Shown: positions 1-12,879 of the stretch, in pieces
Position numbering within the stretch: position 1 is the first letter of the stretch
Layout of the letters: the number at the start of each line of letters is the position of its first letter
Assembly (NCBI RefSeq): GCF_006345805.1
Contig: NC_043007.1
Location: 31,124,001-31,188,000 of the forward strand
Reading direction: 5' to 3'
From: Octopus sinensis
Taxonomy: Eukaryota
DNA length: 64,000 nucleotides
Program-made: the position numbers and the translations under genes
The notes under the pieces: model-generated
The model's database searches: none
What the model saw: only the letters and a program-made list of their open reading frames with translations
What the model was told of the DNA's origin: nothing

Positions 1-862
1 GAGAGTATAAGTCGATTAAATCAACCCCAGTGTTCAACTGGTACTTATTTTATTGACCCCGAAAGGATGAAAGGTAAAGTCGACGTCGGCAGAATTTGAA
101 CTCAGAACACACAGAGAGGAATGAAATGCTGCTAACAATTATCCCAGCTCACCGCCTTAATAATAACAATAATAATAATAATCCTTCCTACTGGAAGCAC
201 AAGGCCTCAAATTTGGGGAAGGAATTAAGTCGATTATATCAACCCCAAAAGGATGAAATGCAAAGTCAACCTTGGCGGAATTTGAACTCAGAACGTAGCA
301 GCAGATGAAATACTGCTAAGCATTTTGTCCAGCGTGCTAACAATTCTGCCAGCTTAGCCAATCATAATGTAAACTCAAGGCCACACATTTATTCAGAGGA
401 GCATGACTAATTACATGAGGCCCGGTACCTCATTGATACTAATTTTACTGACTTAGAACAAAATTCATCTCGGTGGGATTTGAACTCAGAACATAAGGCA
501 ACATAGCTAGACACTTGTCACTCCATTACCTTTCTTGAAGGACCAAAGGCATGTGAGATGGTAATGTCACAGAATTAATAGCTTGATATTAGAGAAAAGT
601 ATTGTTACTTAATATAACAGTATCAGAACAGATATGCAGTAATTTTGCCAGGAAAGACCAAGAAAAGAAGTCTAGGAATTCAAGTTTGTAAAACTGAAAG
701 ATATGGCCAGGTTTTTAGAAAATAATGGCAAAAGAAGCATCTTGAATAAAAAAAAAAAAAAGAAAAAAAAAAAAGGGGTTTAAATTTTGCCACAAGGGCA
801 GCAAATTCACAGGAGGATGTAAGTCGATTACATCAACCCCAGTGTTCAACCGGTATTTATTT

Positions 863-1213
863 TGGCAATCCTTCGGTTTTACTCGACAAAACAATAACAA
901 GACCTCACTTGTTTCCGTGACAACTGCTGTGACAACTACTAAAGTGTGTGTGTGTGTGCGTGTGTGCTTGTTCTTGTCTGTGTGTGTATGCGTGCGTGTT
1001 CTTGTCTGTGTGTCAGAACATGCACACACACACACACATAAGAACAAGCACACACGCACACACAGACAAGAACAAGCACGCACGCACACACAGACACACT
1101 TTAGTAGTTGTCACAGCAGCTGTCACAAAGATATCCAAAGTGAATTGTCGAGTTGTCACGGAAACAAGCGAGGTCTTGTTACTGTTTTGTCACGTCAAAC
1201 TGAAGGATTGCCC
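863..1213. mobile_element. 351-bp foldback MITE inserted in a SINE-C copy
   Basis: Terminal GGCAATCCTTC/GAAGGATTGCC, long complementary arms with GT/AC tracts, TTATTT duplicated at 857-862 and 1214-1219. The interrupted SINE-C resumes on the far side. Confidence 0.8.
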
Positions 1214-1473
1214 TTATTTTATTGACCCTGGAAGGATGAAAGGCAAAGTAGAACTGCTAAACATTTTGCCCAGCATGCTAACGACTCTGCCAGCTTGTCA
1301 CCTTAGTAATAAAGTGATTTATAAAATTAATAAAAATGAGGTACAGAATTCCAGTAATGGAAAACAAAAATTATAATTATGAGTAATTAAAAATTTAAAC
1401 AAATTTTTAATATATTTTTCAATGGTAAAAAAATGAAAACCAAAAAAAAAAAAAACCAGCACAGCATTCCTAA

Positions 1474-1620
1474 TTACTTGGAAGATTTGAAAGGTTTTGT
1501 AGAACGCTTTATTCTTGAATACGGTCCAATATCAGGATCAAATATGAAATCGTAAATCACTTTCACCCAAGAGGTGTGACATGGTAGGTTGTCATAAAAC
1601 TCTGGTGCCATTTTACGGAG
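1474..1620 (-). CDS. DEGS1: Sphingolipid delta-4 desaturase, coding exon 3 (LRKMAPEFYDNLPCHTSWVKVIYDFIFDPDIGPYSRIKRSTKPFKSSK*)
   Basis: Manual translation matches the DEGS C-terminus. Acceptor poly-T ccag|CTC, phase 0, 147 nt including TAA. Total CDS 82+743+147=972 nt = 323 aa plus stop. Confidence 0.95.
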   Translation of the reverse strand, partial: LRKMAPEFYDNLPCHTSWVKVIYDFIFDPDIGPYSRIKRSTKPFKSSK

Positions 1621-1774
1621 CTGGAAAAAAAAAAAAAACAGAAAATAGATTCTAAATCATTGTCAACAATTGTAATATGGGGTGTTTGATGAAAATGGGC
1701 CCTAGAAACAAAATAAACACGCATTTATGTATGTGTCTGTATGTGTGTGTGTGTGTATATCATCATTTAACATC

Positions 1775-2166
1775 TTATTTCTATATTGCCCACAAGTGGC
1801 TAAACAGAGGGGACAAACAAGGGATTAAGTCGATTACATCAACTCCAGTGTGTAACTGGTACTTAATTTATTGACTCTGAAAGGATGAAAGGCAAAGTCG
1901 ATCCCGGTGGAATTTGAACTCAAAACGTAATGGCAGACAAAATACCTATTTCTTTACTACCCACAGGGGGCTAAACACAGAGAGGACAAACGGATTAAGT
2001 CGATTATATCGACCCCAGTGTGTAACTGGTACTTATTTAATCCACCCTGAAAGGATGGAAGGCAAAGTTGACCTCGGCGGAATTTGAACACAGAACGTTC
2101 AGACAGACAAAATACCGCTAAGCATTTCGCCCGGGGTGCTAACGATTCTGCCAGCTCCTTGCCGCC
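1775..2166 (-). mobile_element. SINE family C dimer (tRNA-like head, central CCTTTCATCCTTTCGGGGTCGATAAATTAAGTACCAG domain)
   Basis: B-box-like GAGTTCAAATTCC. The central domain resembles the Meta/MESC SINE domain as recalled. Two monomers joined at about 1946. Confidence 0.8.
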
Positions 2167-2984
2167 ATAAACAACGTTTAACATCTATTTCCCATGCTGG
2201 CATGGGTTGGATGGTTTGACTGAGGTCTGGCAAGTCAGGAGGCTGCCCCAGGCTCCAATCTGATCTGGTAATGTTTCTACAGCTGAAAGCCCTCCCTAAC
2301 GCCATCCACTCAGAGTGTAGTGGGTGCTTTTTACATGCCACCAGCACAGGAGCCAGTCACGGGGCACTGGCATCGACCACACTCAGATGGTTATTTTCAT
2401 GTGCCACTAATACCAACTTCGCCTTTCATCCCTTCTGGACCGATAAAGTACCAGCCAAGTACTTGGGTCAATGCAACTGATTTGCTCCCCACCCCCACTT
2501 CCAAACTGTTAACCCTGAACCCTGCTACAGACTAGCGTCCTATTAAGTGGGCAGATAACTGGCCTTATGAATCCTAGGGCTCAAGAAAAGCAAAAAATAC
2601 AAGAGCCCAGATTTTCTCAGCCAATAGCATTTTGCATCATCATTATCATTTAAAGTCTGCTTTCCATGCTGGGAATGGGTTGGACGGTTTGACAGAAACT
2701 GACAGGGTCAAGAGCCACACCAGGTCCCACTCTGTTTTGGCATGGTTTCTAGGGTTGGATGACCTTCTGTAAAGTGATTGACATTATGCCAATCCCTTTA
2801 CAGAGTGTAGTGTGTGCTTGTGCCACATATATTTCCCTTGGTAATGATGAGCCAGGCAGAAGAAGCTGCTGACCTTGTCATGGATAAAGACCAATGGTGA
2901 AAGCAAATTGGTTACAGGTGAGTGCACAATCTCTCTTATGAAGTGGACTTAAGAGTATTTGATATCATTAAAAGACACACAAGC

Positions 2985-3390
2985 ATATTAAACATACCCT
3001 GATTTCAGGGAAAAGAGCATCAAGGACAAAGCGTTAGCTTACAGAAGGATAAACTTTACAGATAGAAATTGTAGCAAATAGTGTTGATGGATAGAGTGTG
3101 TAGATCAGAGAGGTACCCCAGGTAGAGCCATTAATTCTCTGAACTGAGAGATCACAGTTCTGCGATTATAAACATGTGGTGAGAATGTTCTGGGAAAGAA
3201 TCGCTGGACATATTTTATGGGCGAAACCAGGAGACTGAGGGGCAGACTATGAGTGAGTTGGGTAACACCTGTGAGCTCAGCTGGTCTCACTTAGGGATCC
3301 AGTTGAATCAACTGGAGACAGTTGCTTCTGATAAGACCCATTGGAAGGCATGCTTGAGGACGCTCCCTCCATGACCCTCCCAAGAATAAG
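2985..3390 (+). mobile_element. Decayed RTE-clade LINE 3' fragment
   Basis: Frameshifted pieces GETRRLRGRL*VSWV / LGIQLNQLETVASDKTHWKACL resemble the RTE C-terminal G-R-R-GRP..W..A.DR..W motif. Confidence 0.5.
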
Positions 3391-4046
3391 CAGGCAAAGA
3401 TGTGATGAACAGAACATATGAAGCGAGGTTCAAAATTGTTCTGACACAATAGTACAATATGTTAACCCATTAATATCCGAACTGGCTTGTTTTATGCTCA
3501 ATCTGGTCAGATCTGCCTATCACACCTACCCTACAATGTCATTCTGAAAATAAACAATCATATTACTAAATCTCAAAGCTATGAGATAATGCATGATTAA
3601 TTCAAAACAACAAGCATTACATTTGACTGAGTAATATTTATGCTAAAGGATTACCCTTAGAACATGCACACAAAAATCCAACATTTTTACATTACAGACT
3701 TTTCATGTTCCCCCATATGCATCCTGTGTAAGTCAACGCTTAGAGAATTTACCAGAATGACAAGAATAGAACATTGCTAACTATTTAGCTAAATCAAACA
3801 ACATTCACCAAAATGTCACCTTAGCCATAATATTATCATTATCTGCAGTCAAATAACATTTGAAGCTTTCTCTTTCTCTCTCTTTGAAACCATTTTGGAA
3901 ACTAGATTATGTAAAAATGTTTTGTAGTAAACATTAAGCTGTCAAAACCATGCCAAAGCAGACCACTGAAGCACAATGCAGTCCTTGAGCTCATTAGATT
4001 CAGTCAAACCTTCCAACACATGCCAGCATGAAACATCATCATTTAA

Positions 4047-4268
4047 CCCTTTCGTTACTGTATTTTTTTTGGAGAGGTTCTGTGTTTCTTTCAATTACTT
4101 TAAATATAACAAAGAATTTAGTATAATAACTTAGTTATCATTAAGCTAGTGTTAGGAACTTAAATTGTGACTAAAGTTTGGTGGAAGATTTTAATTAAAA
4201 ACTTATGAAAACAAGACATTTGTACTACAGAGTCAGAGATGGTTTCAGCTGGGTTGGTAACGAAAGGG
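4047..4268. mobile_element. piggyBac-type MITE family 1
   Basis: TTAA|CCCTTTCGTTAC...GTAACGAAAGGG|TTAA. Splits a SINE-B tail. Confidence 0.85.
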
Positions 4269-6100
4269 TTAACATCCGTTTTCCATGCTGGCATAGGTTG
4301 GATGTTAAATGATGACAATGACAGTATCACCGTTTCCAAATTGGACCCCCATGTAGAGATGTTTTTAAAATTAACACGCAAATAAATAAAGCAGTCGTTT
4401 CTGAAATCATTCTTATAAATATTAATGATCTCCCAGTTTCATTGAATAAAACAATGTATTTAAGTGATGTGATTCTCTTGTTGCTATAGTAACCAACAGA
4501 GCAGACTGTACTCGTGTCGAACAGTTAGATTCTAATTTTAGACACAAAATGCAAACTTTGGTTTTACTGCAGTTAACCTTTTTTTGTGACCAAGTATCTA
4601 ATGAAATACAACAATCTGTGTTTCGATTAATTTCCAAAATGACACACGTGGAATGGGTTAGAAAAACTGGTTTTTTTTTTTTCCTGATAATCAAGATATT
4701 GTTTAGAACATATGGCACCTTCTCTTAGTGGCTAACAACACTAGTACAGCTGGCCTTGTATGCAGTTTTACAGATGCTCTATGTGCAAATCAGAGGCAGG
4801 CCACATTTCTGCAAAGACTTCTCAATCACCAGTCAAAATCCCTGTATTAGTCTAACATCTGAAAGGAGGGAATAATCCACCCTCATCCTTGTTTCGATAT
4901 CCACTTTTCCATACTTGCATGGAATGGGTTGGACAGAATTTGCTGTGGCAGATTTTCTTTGACCAGATGCCCTTCCAGGAGTCAATTCTCACCAGTTTTC
5001 AAATTAGGTAATTTTTGCACCCTGGCTGGATATGCTTTCACAGTAAATTGGAAACTATGGGCTTTTCCCAGTTTCTGTCTACCAAATCCACCCACAAAAA
5101 GGAGAATACCAGTCTGACTATAATACACAGGGTGGCAAGCTGGCAAAATGCTTAGTGGTATTTCGTCTGAGTTCTGAGTTCAAATTCCGCCAAGGTCGAC
5201 TTTGGCTTTCATCCTTTTGGGATCAATAAATTAAGTACCAGTTGCGTACTGGGGTCGATCTGATTGACTGCCCTCCTCCCCCAAAATTTCAGGCCTTGTG
5301 CCTAGAGTAGAAAAGAATATAAACAGTATACATCTTTTACCTGTTTCAGTATTTATTTTCTAAAGCTCGGTACTTATTCTACGATTCTCTTTTGCTGAAC
5401 CACTAAGTTACAGGGACATAAACAAACCAACACCAGTTGTCAAGTGGTGGTGGAGGATAAACATAACACGCACAACATGCTGCTTTCAGTTACAGTCTAC
5501 CAAATCTACTCACAAAGCTTTGGACAGTCCAGGACAATAGAAGACACTTGCCCAAGGTGCCACACCACCCAAGCTCCTCAACTGCACAACATCTGTGCCT
5601 ACATAAAATTTTCGTCTGTATTGCATCATAGCACCAGGTGTAACATCAATGGGGGCAAAGCAAATATTCACAATTAACTCATTAAAACATATAGCAGCTG
5701 CTATTTCAGTTTTTACAAATGCTAATTCGTTATTCTTTATGTGTTTAATAATAAAACATTAGTTTCTTTATCACAACTTGAACTAAATTTCTGTGAAAGT
5801 TTTTCTCACACTAAAAAAAATGAAAGAAAAACCTATAAAGATGACTGATAAAGCATAAAAGAAAATGCACTGAATTTGCAAAATTGTGTGTATCCTTTTT
5901 TTATAACCCATTTGCTTTCAACTTCTAAAGAGGTCAAAGAAAACATCTGCATTGTGTCGATCTATCAAACTGTGTCAACATTTTCAAGATGAATCAGAGT
6001 TGGTGAAAAGTCTATAATTTTTGATTTGTAAGCTACAACTGAATACGCAGAGCAATGAATAAACTTATTTTGAACAAAATTAAATAAAATAAAATCTTAC

Positions 6101-6843
6101 CGCAGGCAATTTACTTCCAGCAACATAAGGGAAGTCGTGGTGCTCATTGTGGAAACCAACATTGAAGGTGATTGCGTTGAGACAGCCATAATAGGAGTAG
6201 GTTTCATATCCTTTCTTGATCATGTAATGCTCAGATATAAAATGCCCAGCCATTGGGTGGAGCCCAGTTGCCAAAAGAGTTCCAGCAATCATGTACACAA
6301 TAGGTTTTATACCCAGAAAATAAAACACTACAGCATCAAAGCTAAACTGTACAAATATATTGATTAGTTCCAAAAGTTCAAAAGACTTAGGACGAATGAA
6401 AAACGGCCGTATTGTGTAAAACAATGGCTGTAAAACCACCCAGAGAAATTTGGTAAATGTTCTGTTAAAGAACTTAGCTTCGAAATAGGTAGGAATATCT
6501 ACATCTATGTCATCCTCTCCTTGAAATCGATGATGTTCCAGGTGGTATTTTTTAAAAGTGATTGAGACAGGTACTCCAAGAGGTAAGTTGCCAAATATTC
6601 CCAAAGCTCTGTTTGCTAGTGGGTACTTTGTTCCGAAAGCCAAATTATGAGCAATTTCATGAATAGCTAAAGACATTGAATGATTAATGACACCACCAAA
6701 ACAGTAGGCAAATATTATTATATACACCCAGTCCATATCCTTAACAAAATACATTGATATCATCTGTATGATCACCATACATAAGACTATGAACTTTAGA
6801 TTCGGATCTGGCCCAAACAGCTTTTTCACTTCAGGATGTTTCT
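6101..6843 (-). CDS. DEGS1: Sphingolipid delta-4 desaturase, coding exon 2
   Basis: Lies within ORF 6080..6874. Three His boxes: HEIAH, HLEHH, HNEHH. Acceptor tttttatatttcag|AG and donor GCG|gtaaga; 743 nt; phase matches exon 1. Confidence 0.97.
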
Positions 6844-8035
6844 CTGAAATATAAAAAAAAAAGAAAAAAAACATTAATTAACTAAACAAAAGCCTTAATT
6901 TTTCTAGTGTATCTTGGGGGGGTCATTATGCCAATAACACACACACACACACTGATTCTATTTCACTTATTATTCATCAATTAGCTAACTGTTTAAACAA
7001 TCGAATGCTTCGTTAATCATTTGATTAATGAAATCAATTAAGTTCGTCAAAGTCGTTTTGTTGACCTCTTCAATGACATGCTCACTCGCTCTCTCTTCAG
7101 ATCAGCTTCAGGTCTCTGAATTGATTAGTAAATTAAACTAGTCACATCTGGCCCCTTGCAACAACTCTGCAGTATCATTCTAAAAAATTAGAAGTTACCT
7201 CATTATGATTTCAAAGTTATAAGATAATACATGATTAATTCAAAACAATGTGAATAAGCAATGCATTTGATAAAATAATCTGAAAGCTAAAGGGTCAAAT
7301 AGTTAATTAATCAATGAATAATAAAGAAGTGCAATAGAGTCAGTGCATGTGTTCATAATTATGACCCTCCCAAAAACACAAAATTTGTTTCAACACACAA
7401 GTTCACATCAAGAATTATGCAAACCAAATACAAAAATCATCTGTTGTGTAAAAGTTCCTTCGTTGGATGACAGAGTCCCACCTGTGATACATATACTGTG
7501 TAACTTTCCAATCCAGAACAGAAATATATTCATTCAGAAAATATATTAGGCTATGGGTTTGACTTGGATTGACATATACCCAGAAAAACCTCAACCAAAT
7601 ACTAAGCTGCTCCTATATTCACAAATCCATCCTATATTGTAGGTACACTAACGAAGTACTTACAGCTGTGTGCTTTTGCTTGTTTGTATTGGTTACAGCC
7701 ATGATGGGGCACTGCCTTGAAGGGTTTTAGCCATAACGAATCAACTTCAGGACTTATATACTTTTTAAAGCCTGGTACTTACTCTTTTGGCCTGTTGGCT
7801 GATTTACGGGAATGTAAACAAACCAACACTGGTTGAAAGTGGTGTGTGTGTTGTGGGGTGACAATCATAGGCAGCTTCCACACATTTCTGTTTAGCAAAC
7901 TCACTCCCAAGGCATTGGTTGACCCGGGGCTAAAGAAGCAGACACCTGTCCAAGGTGTTGCACAGTTACACTGAACTTAAAACTATATCGTTACAAGGTG
8001 TGCTTCTTAGCCACATAGACATACCTCACCTGTGT

Positions 8036-8170
8036 AAATGAGGGGGTACTGAAAAGTTCTTGGCTTTGAGTAAAAATAAAAAATACAGGAAGATCAGTTA
8101 ATTATGATTTAATTCAACATATTCCCCCTCAGATACAGCAATCCTTCAGTTTTTCTAAACTTGAAAGGTT
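8036..8170 (+). mobile_element. Possible mariner-type terminal fragment
   Basis: TGAGGGGGTACTGAAAAGTTCTTGGCTTT resembles mariner TIRs. No second TIR seen. Confidence 0.35.
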
Positions 8171-9153
8171 AGGCCTACAACCAGTCTTCTTGTCTTGTCT
8201 TGAGACAGCATTCACCCGGGGTGGGTTGAGCTGGCTTCATTTATCCTCAATGTTGCATCTCCAACCACTTGTTATTCCAGCGGCGAACACCGTAGACATG
8301 GGGGCCTAGGTTGGGTTCCAGATCCGCCTTGACTGTCCACCACATCGCTTTCGCCAACCCTGAAGGGGAGCTGGGGCAATTGCAACCAGGCCTTTCATGA
8401 TATCTTTAAAACCAGAACTTTTCAGCACCCCTCGTATATCTATAGGTATTACTTGTTATCAACATAGATGAAGTTAAGGCTCTGAAGTACAAGCTTTTTC
8501 ATTTATTATCTTAACTCAAGCAGTTCGGAAGTTTTAACAAACTAGGTTTATAAAGCTGTAACCAGTTAAGTCAACAGAATGTTTGCACCTCAGCCTAAGT
8601 GTCGATTCCCATAACCAGCACTGCAGAGTACCTGGCCTAGATATTTAAATCTCATCAGCCCAGCCTACCAAACTGTAGTAGATTCTATAAAAAGATATTG
8701 TCTACCAGTGTCAGTAGTGAAATCGTTGAGTAATTGCCAAATATTTTATTAGTTTTGCAGTGCAGGTTTCAAATATGTCTCAGAGCAGGCAACATGAAAC
8801 CATTCCAGAGAATCTTAACATTCTTTTTTTTCTAATTTTGAAAGGTCAGCAATTCTGAGGGAGACACATCGATTACATTGACCTCGGTGCTCAACTGGAA
8901 TTTATTTCATCAACCCTGAAAAGATGGAAAGTAGTGAACCTCAGCAGAATTTGAACTCAGAACATAAAGAACTGGGTGGGAATGGAGGGGGTGGTGGTGC
9001 TGCTAAGCTTATTTTTCCAACACACTAATGATTCTGCTCTGCCAGCTCATCACTTCTTTTGACTAAATAGTTTTTCGTGGTGCCACAGTTGCTAAATGGG
9101 TAACAGGAATTTACTTCAAGTTTTTCTTGAATTGCTTCTGTTTAAATTATACA

Positions 9154-9556
9154 GGCGTAGGAGTAGCTGTGTGGTAAGTAGCTTGCTTACGAACCACATG
9201 GTTCCGGGTTCAGTCCCACTGCGTGGCACCTTGGGCAAGAGTCTTCTACTATAGCCTCGGGCCAACCAAAGCCTTGTGAGTGGATTTGGTAGATGGAAAC
9301 TGAAAGAAGCCTGTCATATATATGTATATGTGTGTGTGTGTGTATATGTTTGTGTGTCTGTGTTTGTCCCCCTAAAATCGCTTGACAACCGATGCTGGTG
9401 TGTTTATCTCCCCGTAACTTAGTGGTTCAGCAAAAGAGACTGATAGAATAAGTACTAGGCTTACAAAGAATAAGTCCTGGAGTTGATTTGCTTGACTAAA
9501 GGCGGTACTCCAGCATGGCCTCAGTCAAGTGACTGAAACAAGTAAAAGAGTAAAGA
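9154..9556 (+). mobile_element. SINE family A (tRNA-derived head, CORE-like CCTTGGGCAAGT, internal TA/TG microsatellite)
   Basis: A-box-like TGGCTGTGTGG, B-box-like GGTTCAGTCCC, tail GACTGAAACAAGTAAAAGAG. About 20 copies in the window. Confidence 0.9.
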
Positions 9557-10214
9557 GAAAATGTCAACAGGTATAATTATTTCTGCCCAAATCCACTTGT
9601 CCTAACCAAACAGGCCCATTATAAATGGGTCTGGATAGAAAACTCAAACTTAACACTCCAATGATGGCCTATCTAATGCATATATAGATATCATCATCAT
9701 CATCAATTTACATTTGCTTTCTTTGCTAGCAAGAGTCGGCTGGTGCAACAGGATCTAACAGGTTGGAGGACACATTGTACTTCACTGTCTCAGTTTCAGC
9801 TTGATTTCTACAACCAGACACACACTCCTGCTAGCAAAGAAAACAGACGTACACACACTGAACAAATCAATCGATATCTCAGTAGGTTTCTTGCATTTAC
9901 GAGAGACTCAAAACATCAAAATCAATCAATAATTGTAGGATTTATATAAAGAAAAAAATTAACCTCCGTAATAGACCAGACAACCTAGCTTATTGCCAAG
10001 TCTTTGGATTCAAACTATGGACTACAGTCATGATTATCTAATCTGTGTTTAGTATTAGGGATTAAATTGTAAAAATTTACTAATTTTTATCTATAGGTAA
10101 ATGAAGAAAGACTGATATTAATGTTCATAAACAAACATCAGAGGGCCCCTCACAGGTATCAAGAAGTGCTTTTGCTTGTTCCTGTCTTCATTTTTTAGTC
10201 AAGCGGGGAGGCAG

Positions 10215-10307
10215 GGCCTCAGAAACGAGAAAGAGAGAGAGGAAATTGAGGCCCACTCCAGTTTGAGGATACCTTTCTTTTTTTCTCTCTCTCTCGTTTC
10301 TGAGGCC
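10215..10307. repeat. 93-bp mini inverted-repeat element
   Basis: Perfect 16-bp terminal arms GGCCTCAGAAACGAGA/TCTCGTTTCTGAGGCC. No TSD seen. Confidence 0.6.
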
Positions 10308-12090
10308 ATCTACCAGACCCACTCAAGGCTTAGGTCAGCCCAGAGCTGTCGAAGCCGACACTTGCCCACAGTGCCGCACACTGAGAGGAAAACCGAAACT
10401 AATATGGTTGGGAAGCGAACCTCTTGCCACTCAGCCACATTTGGCTGTAGGTCTCATGATTGTGACATAACTGGATGTGATGCTATGGAAAAAAAATCCC
10501 TTTCTCTTGTTGATGTTGAGGTAATCACCGAGTCTGATATCATTGTAACTGACTGAAAAGAGCAACATTTCATTCCACATGGTGACAGATCAACAGTCAG
10601 GAACAGGGCTTTGGATAAAATCAACAACAACAACAGTATACAAAAGTGAAGGAAATTTTGAAGCGATAATGCGCTGGTGTCACATTACACTCTGTAAAGT
10701 GGTTGGCATTAGGAAGGGCATCCAGCTGTAGAAACCACGCTAGAACAGACAATGGAACCTGGCATGGCCCCTGGCCATACCAGCGCCTGTCAAACTATCA
10801 AACCCATGGAAAACAAACATTAAATGTGATAACAATAAAGTGTTTCACATTTCAGCACAAGGCCAGCAATTTTAGTTGTGACCGATGCCAGTGCCATCTG
10901 ACTGGTACCCATGCTGGTGCACAAAAAACACACCATTCTAGCATTGGGCCTCATGGATACAGTGACAGATGACCAAGACCCTTAGTAATATACCGTGCTT
11001 GTGTTGACCTGTCAAACCAAGGGAGACTGTAGCGGTGGCTGGTGTCAAGTCAATGGCACCCGTGCCATAAAAAGCATCCACTATATTCTCATAGGTTGGC
11101 ATTAGGAAGGGGATCCAGCCATAGAAACCTTGCCAAATCAGATTGGAACCTGGTACAGCCCCACCAACTTACTTGTTTTCAGTCAAACCGTCCAACCCTC
11201 GCCAGCATGGAAAGCAGATGATGATGATGGAAGGTGTAAGTCAATTATATCAACCCCAGTGTTTAACTGATGCATATTTTATTAACCCCAAAATGATGGA
11301 ATGCAAAGACAACATTGGCAGAATTTGAACCTAAAATGTAGAGAATCAGAAGAGAAACCACTAAGCATTTTGCCCGGCTCACTTAACAATTCTACCAGCT
11401 TACTGAGTTAATGAAAGAAATAATAAAAGCAAATACTAAATGGAATCAAAGCAGCTTCAATCAGTAAATTAGGAATTTACAATCAACATTTCAATTAAAA
11501 CTCAAAACAGAGATTAAAGGACATCTATTCACTGCTTAGACAATATCATCCCCACTCCAAACCCAGGTAAAACTTCTGTAATTAAATAGTTTCAGAACGT
11601 GTCCCAGCATGTATATTTTTCAGGCTAATTATTTGTAAATGAAGAAAATTATTTCTTCTGAGATAAAAATAAAGCGAAAAGAACAAAAGTCAAAATAGAT
11701 TATAAAACGAAAACAGCAGTCACATGATTGCCTTTATTAGACAGATGGCATATAACTAGGCTGAAGTTAGTCCAGCTCGGAGATAATCCCTTAATAGCTA
11801 GAGAGAAATATGAACAGGGAGAATTGTAAATATTTGTGCTATAATTTCACTAATTACTGAAATTAGCCTCCATGTTTTTAGATAAAACTGCAGGAAATGA
11901 GAATTATGTTACAGAAATAACATCGATATGATAACAGCATATTGTCCCGGGTCAACTGAGCAGATTTATGATCAAACGCAATCCAGCTGTGACCACCCTA
12001 TCCTTTAGAATGGAACTGAGCACTAATTTTTAAATGTGTTTTTCCTCTCTTTTTTTTTTAATCCGTTAGTATTTAAGCAAGCCACACATA

Positions 12091-12510
12091 GGCGCAGGAG
12101 TGACTGTGTGGTAAGTAGCTTGCTTACCAACCACATGGTTCCGGGTTAAGTCCCACTGCGTGGCACCTTGGGCAAGTGTCTTCTGCTATAGCCTCGGGCC
12201 GACCAAAACCTTGTGAGTGGATTTGGTAGACGGAAACTGAAAAGAAGCCCATCGTATATATGTATTTATATATATATATATATATATATGCGTGTGTGTG
12301 TTTGTGTGTCTGTGTTTGTCCCCCTAGCATTGCTTGACAACCGATGCTGGTGTGTTTATGTCCCCGTTACTTAGCGGTTCGGCAAAAGAGACCAATAGAA
12401 TAAGTACTGGGCTTACAAAAGAATAAGTCCCGGGGTCGAGTTGCTCGATTAAAGGCGGTGCTCCAGCATGGCTGCAGTCAAATGACTGAAACAAGTAAAA
12501 GAGTAAAGAG
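12091..12510 (+). mobile_element. SINE-A, full length
   Basis: Full head-to-tail match to the other copies. Confidence 0.9.
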
Positions 12511-12879
12511 TATAGTTAAGTGTTCTACCTATTTTGTATCAAAGCTGACCACATCCAGGCCCTCACACCTGCCCTACAATGTCATTCTAAAAATAAAGCA
12601 ACCACATCATAGAAATGTCAATGGTGTGATAATGTAGGTTAATTCAAAACAATGTGGATAAATAATCATTAAATGTGACAGAGTAATCTTAATGCTAAAG
12701 GGTTAAAAATGACAGGGTGAAAGTTAAAGTGTATTTGGCTGCTCTTTCTAGCAAGGCAAGTAGAGCCACACAGTGGTTCCCTCACTAATTGATACTTATT
12801 GCTATGTAATACTAGTCGTCTGCAGTCAACAGAGGAAAGTTTGATTATATTTTTCAAATATTTCTTTTAAAATCAACAA

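Noticed and set aside
715-1376. Three overlapping ORFs of 124-142 aa
   Set aside because: They are translations of the GT/AC-rich foldback element and flanking SINE-C; low complexity, no gene signals.
6844-6874. N-terminal MFFFFFFYIS of the 264-aa ORF as the DEGS start
   Set aside because: This is the polypyrimidine tract of intron 1; the true exon 1 is at 27273-27354.
12091-12170. tRNA genes at SINE heads
   Set aside because: Only A/B-box-like motifs; no complete cloverleaf or T-run terminator, and each continues into a SINE body.
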